Positions 39,297 through 52,159 of a stretch of DNA of 64,000 bases are shown here, in pieces (the first letter of the stretch is position 1; each line of letters starts with the position of its first letter). Origin of the DNA: Lepidodermella squamata (Eukaryota; Animalia; Gastrotricha); the NCBI GenBank assembly GCA_047495785.1, contig JBLDXI010000034.1:496001-560000 (forward strand), read 5' to 3'. Below the pieces are notes generated by a model, which saw only the letters and a list, made by a program, of their open reading frames with translations, had not been told where the DNA came from and made no database searches. Both the position numbers and the translations under genes were made by a program.

Positions 39297-41699
39297 ATGG
39301 ATTCAAGAACGTATCAATCAATGTCGCAGTTCAATGTTATTGGCAAACCCTTGTGTTATAGTCGCTTACGGACGTCTTTGTTGTGCGAACGTAAAGGGAG
39401 CCCTGAAGAACGTGTGGTTGTCAAAGAAACAAACTTGACACAACTTGCAAAGGACTTCAAAGGAATGAGCGAACTTCTCTGCGAAAGAGTGAGTTTTTGA
39501 ATTTCTGTCCAAAATTATGAGGAGTTGGAACGGGGATGACAGCGAGCTTGCTTCAAGAAAAAAGGTGGCATCAGTGCGCGAAGTTTGGGGAGGGAAAAGG
39601 GGGGATCCTACTTCGCAAACTGGGTGGATCATCCCGAGGGAGCAGCCTGCAAACTCTTAGAATTCATATAACATGCGTATTTTCAAATCGCAGGACTCGC
39701 TAATGGTCAATATCAGCCATGCAAACTTGGCGAAGGTTTTCGGTGTCTTCGAAGGTAACTTCTCCATTCTACATTATTTCTTAGTAATAATATTCCAACT
39801 ATAGAGACATATTCCGGGGAAGATTTTTCTTCTCTTAACTGTACGATGAGATATTTGGTGATGGAGTTTTGCTGCGGAGGAAGTTTCGAAAGCCTGATCG
39901 CGACTGAGACCAGACCCATCCCGGAAATTATGCTTCAAATATGGTCGCGACAACTCGTATCAGCTTTGGCTTTTCTTCACGGCCGAAGTATCGTTCATCG
40001 CAACATTACGGCAAGCAATGTGCTGTTAACAGAAGACCGAGGCACAGCGAAACTAGCTGACTTGGGAATCATCGAGAAATTAGACATAAACAGTGGCTCA
40101 CAACTTTTTGCTCTAGTGAAGTGGAAAACTTCGCCTCCTGAGGTATTAAATCCTGAAGAATTAGAGCGCAAACCGAAATCAGCTGCAAGTGATGTTTGGT
40201 CGTTTGGATTCACGCTCTTCAAATTAGCCAACTTTTATGAACCAGTATGAGAATGATCTTGCGTGATTGACTACTGAGTGTTACTTATTAATTTTTCAGT
40301 TCCTCAATATGGCGACTATTTCGAGGTAAACCTATGAGTTTGACGCACTTGCCTCTGACTGAAATCTATTATAACTTTAGTAATGACTTGAAACCTTTTG
40401 ACGAGTCACTCGGCTATTCCAATGAATTCCGGGATTTTGTCATTTCAATGCTTGCCGTCAATCCTGACGATCGACCGACCTCAAGTCAGCTTCGAGAACA
40501 CAGTTTTCTGTTGAAATCAGCACCTATGCGGTATACAAAGGTATGATGAATTTTCCGTATCTTACATCTGAATCTTTAAAACCCATGCATATTCTTCAGC
40601 CGGACCAATCAGTCGCCGAACCCAAGAAAGATGCTGTTAAGGTAGATTCGGGAAATTTTACCTTTCATGCTTAATCCATTCTTAAAATTTCTAGGAGCTG
40701 CTTGACTGCGTGCGTCGGCGGAAAGACTTGCTGAAATTGGTGCAGTTACTGTCGAAAAGTGACCTAAATCTTAGCCCAGACTGCATGGACGAAGAGGGTT
40801 GCCCTCTGTTGTACCTTGCTGCTCAAAAGGGCTACAGCGACATTGTTGAAATTCTGGCCAGGCAATTTGATGCAGTTATTGAGGTTCATAATGCAAATCG
40901 CAGGACACCACTGTGGACCGCCGCCTCCAATGGCCACGTCGAGGTGGTGAGGACCTTGGCTGGTGAGTTCAACGCCGACGTGAATAGGGCCGAGGAAAAT
41001 GGCTGGACGCCACTTAACGCCGCCGCAAATATAGGCCACGTCGAGGTGGTGAGGACGTTGGCTGGCGAGTTCAACGCCGACGTGAATAAGACCAAAAATT
41101 CTGGCTCGACGCCACTGTGGACCGCCGCCTTCAATGGCCACGTCGAGGTGGTGAGGGTGTTGGCTGGTGAGTTCAACGCCGACGTGAATAAGGCCGATGA
41201 AGATGGCTGGACGCCACTGTGGACCGCCGCCTTCAATGGCCACGTCGAGCTGGTGAGGGCGTTGGCTGGTGAGTTCAACGCCGACGTGAATAAGGCCGAC
41301 GAAGATGGCTCGACGCCACTGTGGACCGCCGCAAATAAGGGCCACGTCGAGGTGGCGAGGACGTTGGTGGGTGAGTTCAACGCCGACGTGAATAAGACCA
41401 CAAATTCTGGCTCGACGCCACTGTGGACCGCCGCCTTCAATGGCCACGTCGAGGTGGTGAAGATGTTAGCTGGCGAGTTCAACGCCGACGTGAATAAGGC
41501 CGCGAATAATAGTTGGACGCCACTGTTCGCCGCCGCATGTAATGGCCACTCCAAGGTGGTGAGGATTTTGGCTGTCGAGTTCAACGCCGACGTGAATAAG
41601 ACCGCAGATTATGGCTCGACGCCACTGGACGTCGCCACCCGGCGGGGCCATGTCGAGGTGGTAGAGGCGCTAGGTGGCCGATATAACGCCAAAGTGTAA
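39297..41699 (+). CDS. Pseudokinase-ankyrin protein, copy 5 (9 ankyrin repeats); recent duplicate of copy 2
   Basis: Exon structure and sequence nearly identical to copy 2 in the kinase half; ankyrin ORF 40710-41699. Confidence 0.85.
40890..41670 (+). repeat. Coding 102-bp tandem repeats (34-aa ankyrin units)
   Basis: Recurrent GGCCACGTCGAGGTGGTGAGG..GAGTTCAACGCCGACGTGAATA at 102-bp period. Confidence 0.9.
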
Positions 41700-42239
41700 G
41701 CTGCGCGGAACGATGGTGCAGCGCTGCATTTATGGCAGCCGCATATCGCGGCCATCACGGCGTTGGTGATATTCTCCTCCCGAAGTTCCTAGTCACCTTC
41801 GCCATAATAACGCAGCCTTGCATAGGGCTGAGAACTGTTATGCCAGCATTTCTGCCGATGTCAAGCGCAAGACTAGCGAAAAACTCAAGCGGGAAAAGTC
41901 AATCTGCCCATCATCTGGAAAAATCCCATCGAACATCTTAGTCTGGATTTGCAGTGTCAAAGTCCACTTTTTTTGCTGTTCAATGCGTCATGGTGGTGGC
42001 GGTGGTCGGAGCGGTCGGAGCGGTCGGAGCGGTCGGTGACCGTGGTCATTATTAGCATGAAAAAAATTGTTTTTCTCATCTTCCGTCATTTATTGGATTT
42101 TCTAAATAAATAAAAAGAGCCTTTTTTGGGGTAATAAATTACTATCATACAAATATGAATTAAAATCTTTGAATCAATCTGAACATTTGCAGAAGTAATT
42201 ATTATTGATTCTATAGGTTTCCAGAATTTCTTTCATCAC

Positions 42240-44175
42240 ATGCCGGCGACTTACTCTGAGCCGACCATAGTTGATCAAGATGCAGCTAGGCGCAGCTTGT
42301 CTCGAATGAAAGGCCCCGTTTCATCAATTTCCAACCGATCAGCTGTACATCGAGCTGAGGTGGTGCAGAATCTTTTCTTGCAGTCGTTACCTGTGGCGTG
42401 GCCTTTCAATGCAGCTATGGACGGGGCTGTTATTAAAAAAGCCCAATTAGTTGTAGAATACGAAAACATAGGCGTGGTTGCGTCGGAATGGCCATTGAAA
42501 AACGAGTCTAAACAGGAACAGGCTGGAGAAAAAACGCAGAGGTTAAGGTTGAATTGTCAACTGGTAATATTACAGCTTGATTATTATGTTTAGTTTGGTT
42601 CGCCTCGGCTTGAAACACGGCATTAATGCTTCCACCCTCATGACCATTAAAAATGAAATTGGCTACCAAAGTGTAACAAAAGAAAACTTCTATGGAGTTC
42701 GAAAGCGCCTTGCTATGCTTCACCCAATAACATCAACTCACCGCGGATTAGGCGCATATCGCTCGGTAGATTCAATCGTTAAAAAAATGATTGTTCGAGG
42801 CGACTTGGAAAAAGACGTTGTTAATGATCTACGGCTTCAGGTAAATCAAAATTACATATGGTCCTTGCTAGGGCAAAGTCAAATTGAACAGGTGGATGGC
42901 ATGGCAGCTAGGACGAGCATGGCAGATGCAACAGTCAGTTCATACATTTGTGCTGCTAAGACAAAGGCCAAAGTGGGCTGCGCTGGTGAATATCAGCTGT
43001 CAATGTACCAGGGAAGCGAATCTTCCGAGATGTTCAGGAAGTTTTTACAGCCAACCATCGGCGAGCTCTCGAATATCGTTCGAGATGGCTTGAAGATCGG
43101 GGATGATTCTTACGATTTTCGATTATTGGTTTGCTGTGACTACCCAGCTACTGTCAAGCTCTTTGGCTGTGGTCACCAGGGCGCCGATTTTCGTTGCGTA
43201 ATCTGTGAAAGGAATATTAAAAAGCTCAATGTCCTTTCGCGGAAACGCCGATTCGACTCATACGAAAATTCATTTAAAGGAAAGCTTGGTTGGTCGAAAG
43301 ATTTTGCCCCGATGATTCGTTTGGGTCCTGACAAACTTCTGATTTTACCTGATTTCTTCCACATGAAGGTCAATATTGCTCGTCAACTTATTGCTAAAGT
43401 AGGTATTCCTTCCAACAACTTGAAAGTTCAATATTCTATTTAACAATAGATCATACGTGTTCTGAAAAGCCATGGGTTCCGCGATGCTATGAACGATCTT
43501 GTTTCTTTCTTGAAAACCAACTCGAAAAAGCCAAAATTTTCTATCGAGACCAAAGCCACAAAACGAGGTGTCATTAGTGTGCTTATCAAAAATTCCAATC
43601 ACTACGGCATTTCCAAGGTATGAACCTAATTTTGTGTTATATGAAATAAATTAGTTCCTAACTGAAATTTAAACTAGGCATTTGCTGAATTAGCCAAGAG
43701 AATGATTGGAAAGCCTCTATCCGAGTCATTTTTCCTACCGGCTAACTTCCTCAACTCAGTCAAAACTTCAGGTCGTAACACTCGCAGGGGATCTATTCAG
43801 TCTCAAAGCAGCCGTCAGAAGCTACTGCTGTCTTCATTAAAGGATTTGCGAACCTTGTGTCTATCCACCTTGATGGTATTTCGGGACATCGAGCTGAACC
43901 ATGTGACGTCAACAGCTAAAATTATGGCTAGCTGCTACGAAAAGATATGGCATCGAACTATTGGACCAGTTACTTCTTACGCTCATTTGCTCGGGTGCCA
44001 TGTTTACGAGCTTCTGGAGAAAGGGGTCGATTTGGCAAAACTCTGCACTGAGAGCATTGAGTTGAGCAACAAGAAAAGACGCAGAACGATGGACTGTTCA
44101 ATTTCAAACAAATACTCCAAACCGTGCCAGATTTTGAAAATCGAAAACATGAAGGAAAATTTGAAGCTGATTTGA
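42240..44175 (+). CDS. RAG1-core/Transib-like DDE transposase, ~573 aa, 5 exons
   Basis: Exons 42240-42541, 42594-42840, 42892-43398, 43450-43617 and 43678-44175 join in frame; LQVDG, CCDY, CVIC, DFFHMKVNI, YAHLLGCH, TESIELSNK. Confidence 0.85.
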
Positions 44176-44342
44176 AAATATTTGAAGTACCTAGAAACTG
44201 TGTTTCATTTGATAAATAAAAAGTTTGAACTATGTCATCATGTCATCATTTTATTTCCGCATTAATCTTTGTCGACGTAGCTTTATTTCTTCCTCAACTT
44301 TGATTTATCATAGGCAGGAGGCAAAAGATCACAGCGTAACCT

Positions 44343-45412
44343 TTACTTGTCAACCTCATAACCATCACGATCAGCATTATAGAACAAACGGAACTTGTCC
44401 TTAGCGTCCCACTGAAAACGAAACACGCCCGCTCTTATAAGGCGGTGGATCACAGGTATTTGACGGGCAATGGCGCCAGTTGTTCTACCCAACTCTTTAT
44501 CGAGGTCACGATCTGTTGGTGTCTTTGCCATCCAAAATTCGATCATTTTAGCTGTAACACTTTCAAATTTTATCCCAGACCTGACAACATAGGCGAAACA
44601 ATGCCGAATACGATTTCTTTCATCGGGACTCCACTCGGTTCTGCTCTTCGTTGATTTAGCTGTGAGATTAAACACTATTTTACACAATTTGCACAGCAAA
44701 ACAAAGGCTTACAATTTGAATAGCTGCTCGCCACATTTTGTATATGGTTCCATGACATTTTGAAAGCATAACTTGAATCTAGATCGACTCGGTCGCTGTC
44801 AGGGACGCTGAAGAACAACGGTCCTGGAGCAAACGAATTGCCTGATTTACCGCTCTTCTTGCGCATATCACGTGAAACCGCTCGATTGGATTTAGTCGAT
44901 TGGGTCGGCTCGATTGGTTCACGTTCATCGGGCTCATGTTGCTCATCAGCATCGTCCTCGCCATCATCCTCGCTATCGTCCTCGCCATCACCCCCGTCGT
45001 CATCCTCGTCATCGCTCTCATCTTCATCCTCCTCATTGTCCTCGTCATCTTCCGATGCATCTTCCTCGCCATCAACAACAGCATCACCCACGGCACCATC
45101 CTGGCCATCATCATGACCATCGACCTCGTGATCATCTCTGCCTTCAACTCCATTACGCTCCACCTCCATTTCTTGGCCGCTAACACCTTCCGCTTCGCCA
45201 GTTTTTCGCTGTTTGGCTACCCGCGGCAACTTCAACGCGACCTCTTCAGCAACAGGAGCGGCCTTTCTTCGTGTGCTTGTCTCGTTTTCTCGCGCACTCT
45301 TTCGCCGCGCATCGCTCTGCTTGCGATTGCGATCTTTCTCCTCAAGAATTGCCGCATCTTTTGTGGCTTGAATTGCCGCTTCCTTTGCTGCGATTTTCCG
45401 CGTTTTGGTCAT
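44343..45412 (-). CDS. Second gene of RAG1-like element 2: basic N-terminus, acidic tract, C-terminal Myb/SANT-like domain (~338 aa, 2 exons)
   Basis: Exons 45412-44713 and 44659-44343 join in frame; RTEWSPDERNRIRHCF...ELGRTTGAIARQI. Confidence 0.7.
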
Positions 45413-45904
45413 GAAAAAAAGAATATTTAAATAAGTAAATAATGGGGAAATAATGCTCCCGAGAAATTATTAGATGATAAAAAATTCCCGACCTAATCGA
45501 CCACCCCACCGCCCCGACCACACATCATGAAGCAAAAAATGTGTGGACTTTGACACTGCAAATCCAGACTAAGATGAATGACAATCGAAATACTCGTGCT
45601 CGTGATGTTGTAATTGCGTGATTTGTAACTGTTTACAGAAAATTCGACCGAATTACTTCATGTCTTAAACTACTCTGAATTAGTCATTTTCACGTCCCGA
45701 TCGATAGCAGGTGTAATCTTGAGCATAAGCAATACTATAAATTACTGCATCGCGGCACAATGAGCCATTCGGGCGGAAGCTTACTTACAGCTCTGAAAAT
45801 ACGGTATAATGAGATGGAAAAGCTCATTTTTTGAACTGCCATTTTTTCAATGCGGTGAATCGATCACGCAATTGTTCCCATGTGACGCGATTACGCCAAT
45901 ATTA

Positions 45905-47236
45905 GGCTTTTTCACACTACGGTAAAGTGAAGTAAAAAAAGCGTTAACCGGTCGCGTGCTCGTTGAAGTGCGTTGAAGTGATGTTAAAATTTCGTAGTGT
46001 GAACGCTTCTGTTGAAGCTAAATAGGCTTTTTGATAGCATAAAGCTGTGCTAAATATTGGTGGTCAGACTTTTCAGCGCTGTGACTTTCTAGCAAATGAC
46101 GGTCGAATCAGTAGTGACCTTTTTATCAGTGAGACTGTCAGGAAAAATTTTAAAAATTGTTTAGAGTTTTGACAATTGTTGACAAATTTGTGGCAACAAT
46201 TCATCGGGCCCGAAAGTTCAGTGAGAATTAAGCCGCGGCAAATGAGCAAGGGACGATCAAACTTTATTGAAAATTTCAAGTTGTAAAAATGTAGATGCAA
46301 TTGAACTCAACTTTTAGTTAATTCCACTGTTCTCTATCCGAGTACGGCTGAAATTCTAGGAAATTTTTCTTGCCGTGAAATTGCCGTGAATGCTTATGTC
46401 ACAGCGTAAATGCTACCGAGATGAAACAGCAAAAATCCGAAAAGACTGGGATCGGGTTAAATATAAGAGAACCATTGTTGATTCGTACATGAAAAGTAAT
46501 CACTGCGCAAATGTCGCCGCTGAAACGTCTCAGCATATTCGTGAATGATCAATCGACCGCATTGCTCAAAAGTCTCTGCTCATTTGTGTCGTACAGCCCC
46601 ATCTCATAAATGGATAATTGATATCATAAATTCAAGAATGTCCGTTGCAAAACAGACCTCTTTTGAGCCTAGGTATTTAATCCTATCGATAGCTAGTGGT
46701 TTTTCGGTTTTCGGCACATCTATAAGCACGCATAAAACTGTTGTCTGGCCTTATTCTTACTTGCAAATATTCAGGCTCCATGGTTATACTAATTTTCTTT
46801 TAATTTTTAGAGCATAGAAGGCATTTACCCATTACCCACTCATCGCTAAGTTAACTTCTGGCGTTCACACTGCTGTTTAAGTGAAAAAAGATCACCAGCT
46901 TCAATCAGCTCGTGCTGGGATATAAGTGCGGTAAAGAATTTGCATTGATTTGATGCACGCGCTTTACCGAGCTCGGAAAAAAAATTAAAAAAAAACACTT
47001 CAACTTAGATATGTTCACACTTGGTTATTAGGAAAAAATGCTTTTTAACCAGATCGCGTGGATTTGCGGTGATGAATTTTTTTTCATTTAAATGGCGATT
47101 TGCAATCTCAGATAATAACTTCAACGTAGTGGTGAATTTTTTGTGATCACCAGAGCACGTGTTCACACTACAGGGAATTTTTTTTCTCAAAAAAAATGCT
47201 TCAATTTTCTTCACTTCACCGTAGTGTGAAAAAGCC
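45905..47236. mobile_element. PIF/Harbinger (Tourist-like) MITE
   Basis: TIR GGCTTTTTCACACTACGGT, TTA/TAA flanks, absent from the paralogous site at about 17540. Confidence 0.8.
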
Positions 47237-48674
47237 TAATATGTTGAGCCTCAGATAATATCAGTTAGATAATTCGTGGGCAGCCGTTTATATTTTTGGC
47301 ACGGAAAGCAGAATCTTCAAATTTACTGCGTTATTCGACGAATCAACGCTATGCGGTGCTGAAAATATCTTTAAAAGGTGGGGAAGAAGCTAGACTGTTG
47401 TCTATTTAGTACCGTTTTTATTAATACACTCCTGCAACGTTAGCATTTGGCTGAAAAAGATAGATAAAATGGCAAGAGGTCATGTCATCAGCGTACTATT
47501 TGCATTTTATTTTATTTTATTCAAATCAATCAGGAAAGCCGTGCTTAGAGCCATGTTGGAACCTTTAACTTATTTCAACCGCACATTTTTTAATACAAGC
47601 GCGACCACAAGGCACCGAATGCTGATGTAGCTCGTAGCTGCTAAAGGCTCAGCATTTTTTTGAATAATAATTTCTTTTGCGGCGCTAGCTTCTGATAAAC
47701 GTGATTTTACGAAATGTCGTTGGAATCTCGCGTCTTTGCTTCAAAACCCTGAGCGAATTCTCATGCTGTTCTGGTCAAGGTTGTGGCGAATCAGGAATCT
47801 TTCACATAAAAGCACTTGGCATAGCAAGTGAGCGTATCTAACTTCATTGCTATTCTTACAACAGGAAATGATTTAGGCTTCGCTTCCTCACGTTTTTGGC
47901 GGGAGAAGCGGTGTCTTTTAATGGATTCTGCCACAAATAGGTCAATTCTTCGCTATGAGTAACGTATATTGGGAAGGCACCCTGACTAACGCCGGCCTAA
48001 ACGATCCCAAATTTTAGAGCTTTGAATCTGCCGGCTAATTACTTCCTCCCTTTTGAAATATTGTACTGGCAGACCGAATACCGTTTTTCGCATAAAATTT
48101 CAACTGCGACCCGGGTATAGTACTGGCTCATTCAGCTTCCAATGGGACGAAACGGATTCTTTAATTAGTCATATGTGCTTTAGCGGACATTCAATTCGTC
48201 TAGATATCAGAGGTGAAATCAATCCGCCACTCAAATTTCAACCTCATTCCGCACCGCCTTCCAACCTAGAACCAACCAAGAGTTGTAGTGACACACAGTT
48301 TTAGTAGGAGCAAAATTATAGCTAACGCAAAAATAACTTTTCCTACCATTTCAATCGCACTAAGTGAAGATACCAAAGACCAAAGAGCACATGCTAACTG
48401 CTAACTCAATACTATTGGAATCATAGGACCCACATCAGAATGACATCGGAGGGGTTGTCGACCTGACCAAATGGTGGCAAAATTCGACTCAAATCAAGAC
48501 AAACAAACTTTCAACACGACCCTATCTCAATTCTCTCTTCATTTATTATGATTTGAAGCTGATTTGAACTGTCAACAGATTCAACAAAAAGCTTTCCTTT
48601 GCTTTCTGAAGCCTGGAAATCAGAGCTTGAGAGCAATACAGTTTTACGATACAATTTAAGTAAGAAGATGCATA

Positions 48675-48872
48675 CCGTATTACCGCGCTTTGAGTGTCAT
48701 GCCACTATAAAGTGAAACATGGTTTTTGACAGGTTTTCATTTACCTCGATTATAGTGGCACCTAATGTTTTGCATTGAAATTTAATCTGGCATGTCACTA
48801 TAAACGGGGCATAGTGACATGTCACTATAAAACGAGCTATAGTGGCATGACACTCGAAGCGCGGTAATACGG
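48675..48872. mobile_element. Tc1/mariner MITE (second copy at about 54516-54652)
   Basis: TIR CCGTATTACCGCGCTT.GAGTGTCATGCCACTATA with TA flanks. Confidence 0.8.
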
Positions 48873-49729
48873 TAATAACAAGGCTCGGAGGAGAAAAAAT
48901 TGCTATTGAAACGATAACGGTTAGCGCATCAAAAAATGCGAAAAAAATGTGCAGCGATTGCGAAACCATTTAAAAAGATAGTGATAGCATGGGCCAGACA
49001 AAAATCATGAGACGTATTTCATATAGGCGCTGCGGCTTCGAAGCCCGCAATCCCTCAAAGATGATGATGATGAAAGCTCAAGATCGCAAAAATTATAAAA
49101 AAATCCCTGTTCTTCTGCTTCTCTCCAAGCTACGGCATCTCATAGTACGTCTCATGAAAACACTGCTCAATAATGAATGGAAGAATAAATTTGTTATAGG
49201 CATGCTAGGAGTATATGCAGCATCTAGGGATCCGAGATGGTAACGTCAGCGCGGAAAGGATTTATGGACAGGGATTTCTAAAATAAACGATATTCATGAA
49301 ATTTGGATAGAATGGGTTGGATATCGCACTGTTTCACAGCAGGTAAAAACCGCGTGTATTTCAAAACGGAAGGAATATTGGCAAAATTCAAATAATGCGC
49401 TATACATAATGCACAAATACTTTTTCAACGGCTGTTATTCCCTGCTCTGCGAATAGCGAGTTGCCGTAACCTGCTAATTATGCCGTAACTGGCTACCTAT
49501 GCCGTAACCGACGATTACTGCGCGCCTTTGTTCGTAACAAAATACGCGCGCCTAGATTGGAAAAAAGCGCTAAACAGCGTAAACATCTTACTTGTACTTA
49601 TTTATTTCCTATGACAATGTATGTACATGTAAGCGATACGCATTAGATAAGTAATTTTCTTGCGTAATTATATGTCATCTGCGCGCGCTACTGTCTTGCC
49701 GCGGTGTGTAAGCGGTAGTTAAGGCAGAT

Positions 49730-49818
49730 GGTGCCGAAGGGTGCCGAAGGGTGCCGAAGGGTGCCGACGGGTGCCGAATGGTGCCGAATGGTGCCGAAAG
49801 GTGCCGAAAGGTGCCGAA
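49730..49818. repeat. 10-bp tandem repeat (GGTGCCGAAN)n
   Basis: About 9 units seen directly. Confidence 0.9.
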
Positions 49819-50478
49819 TAAGAATCTCATATATTATCAATGCATTCACATTGGCACATTTTGAGCCAAAGATGAGAGAAGCGATAATAATAAATCGGAT
49901 ATACTTGTTATTACAGCGGCATTCCTTGATAAAAATTGGCATACTTTAATTAAAGTTGGATCGTATGTGTCAAAATAGTTTGTTTCTATTTTCGGCACAC
50001 AATCATGGCGCGCAAGTTGCAACATTCGACTCAAATCTATAATTAAAGGATGATCCTTTGAAACAGGGCGCGAAGTACGGTAGAATGGAGAATGAGGGGT
50101 ATCGTGCCCCCCAGTCCCCAGTTCGGCAGGCCAAAGTGGAAAAACCACAGAAAAACAGGGCCTCTTTGGTCATAAAATTGGGGCCACAAAATACCCCTTA
50201 GTTCTACTGCGCGCAATGTTCTGAAATACGCATGGCGGCTATTTGCTGTTTCTGATATCAGCAACAGCATCGTCACTGGAGGATTCATCACTGGAAACTC
50301 AGCACAAATAGAAAAAACTTGCTAAAAGTTTAGAAAATTCGAAAATTTACAGAAAAACAGGGGAATGGTTGCCACCTTTAATATTTATATCAGCTCGTAA
50401 GGGACAGGTTTCGCTGTAAGTGGGCGCAAATTCAGTCAGATCGGCTATGACGCTACTTGAGCCTAACATATTAATTTA

Positions 50479-51125
50479 CAGTATATTTTCAATATAGTGA
50501 ACGCTGTTCGTGCCATCAAGTTCGTTCAATATAACGAAATTCCACTATAGTGATAGCTGAAAGAAACGTTTGTATAGCTCCAAAACTCCCAATATTACTG
50601 CTAAATGCATCGCCGGCGTACTTGCATATAACCGAAAAACCTGATTGTTAGGCGAAAAGTAATCAGTATTAGTCATTTGAACAGTTCTGATAGTCGCCAA
50701 CAGCTCGGGGCCCGCTTCTTGAAGCTTCTTCAAGGGGTGCGCCTGGAGCCGTGACAACTGCTGGCCAATTTGAGCCGTGTGAAATTGCGCTTAAGACCCT
50801 TAATCTACCCTCGAGATTCACCAATTTTGGAAGCTTGAGAACGATTTTCATGTCTTTTTATGGTTCATCATGTTTTTGAAATCGTTTTTGAAGAATTTAT
50901 TTTGCAAAATTTAGCCTCGTTCACTATATCGCTCGCTAAACACTTGTTGGCTCATGCGGCGCAAAAAGCGTTTACAATGACGAGTGTACACTCTATATAT
51001 GTGTCATTCACCATACCGATAGCTATTAAGAGGTAAATAAGTCACCTTGAGTCGCGTGCCAGCAAAATCGTTCTCTGCAGCGATAGTTCACTATAAACGG
51101 CTATCAATATAACGATAATATACTG
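50479..51125. mobile_element. Tc1/mariner MITE
   Basis: CAGTATATT..AATATACTG ends; TA duplication relative to the empty site at about 18024. Confidence 0.75.
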
Positions 51126-51275
51126 TATCTGTGCTAGCTTCCTAACACCAGTTTGGCGTTAGGAGGAAACCCTCACGAGCAAACTTGTCTGAGCTCCGAT
51201 CTGAAGAAGAAGGTTCACGGTGGTCTGTGATCTGATTACTTGAGTTTTCACGTTGTTCGAATGAAAATGGAATTA

Positions 51276-51799
51276 CAGTACGACCTCCATAAATGCAAAG
51301 GGTCGGGAGACACGCGTTTGCATTTACGGAGGGTTGCATTTATAGAGGGCTGTTAAAGAGCTAGCGATGAATCATAAGTGCGTCGCCAGGTTTTTTTCTT
51401 AGTTGCTAAGGCGACGATGATTTTACTGGTTTGCCATGTTTTAAGATAAGCCGGAACGAATTCAGTAAACTACATTTATTTTAATAGGTTGTAGTATTTG
51501 TAAAAGCAAAAACTCGAAAAATCGCGTGCGCACGATTTTTTTGATTCGCAATCTCATTTATCTATACAAAAAACAACGGTCCGTAAAGATCAGTGGGTGA
51601 TGTGTGAGATACCACGACGTGGCCGCAAAATTAAAAAGCTGGAAATCCGCCCACAGGGCTGGAATTTTGTTGCTAACGACGTTTTTTCACCGTTTGATGA
51701 AAAATAATTTTTCAACAAATAAAATTAACGGGAGACAAAATTGCTTGCAAATACGGAGGTTTTCTTTTTATGGAGGTTGCATTTATGGAGGTAGCACTG
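51276..51799. mobile_element. Tigger-like MITE
   Basis: TIR CAGT(AC/GC)..CCTCCATAAATGCAA with TA flanks. Confidence 0.75.
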
Positions 51800-52159
51800 T
51801 ATCACGAGCGACTACGTCTGATGAAAAAAGTCGCAGGCGTAAATATGCCTTATTTTTCAAGCTCAACCCCAAAAAATCCTCCGCGATGATCGATAATGAA
51901 GCCAGTTGAAATGACATTGCCCATATTGGAAATATCGACCTTTGCCCTCTCCGTGAAAAATGAGTGGAGCTAGCTTCACTATCATCTCAGCATAACTGAT
52001 AGCACTTTTTATAATAGCATATGAATTTCATGGTATTAATTTTTCAAAAGATAATTCACCGTTGAGAGTGGGCGAAAAAACAGAGATAACTTACAATATT
52101 TAAACTCATCATCTTTTGAACCACACTACGTCAAAACATTGGGATTGAAACCGGAAAAA

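Larger units (their letters stand above)
41934..45576. mobile_element. RAG1-core-like DNA transposon 2, apparently intact, with two convergent genes
   Basis: Perfect 34-bp TIR CATCTTAGTCTGGATTTGCAGTGTCAAAGTCCAC; 2-bp TSD AA confirmed by the paralogous empty site ATCGAATGACAATCG at about 17212-17226. Confidence 0.92.

Noticed and set aside
40764-41651. Long antisense ORFs over ankyrin exons (also 6359-6945, 27928-28212, 55130-55522)
   Set aside because: Shadow frames of GC-rich repetitive coding sequence
44343-45412. Calling the convergent partner RAG2-like
   Set aside because: It has an acidic tract but no kelch repeats or PHD Cys/His pattern
44779-45430. Overlapping alternative ORFs (poly-Ser, His/Arg-rich, hydrophobic)
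   Set aside because: Alternative frames of the low-complexity acidic tract
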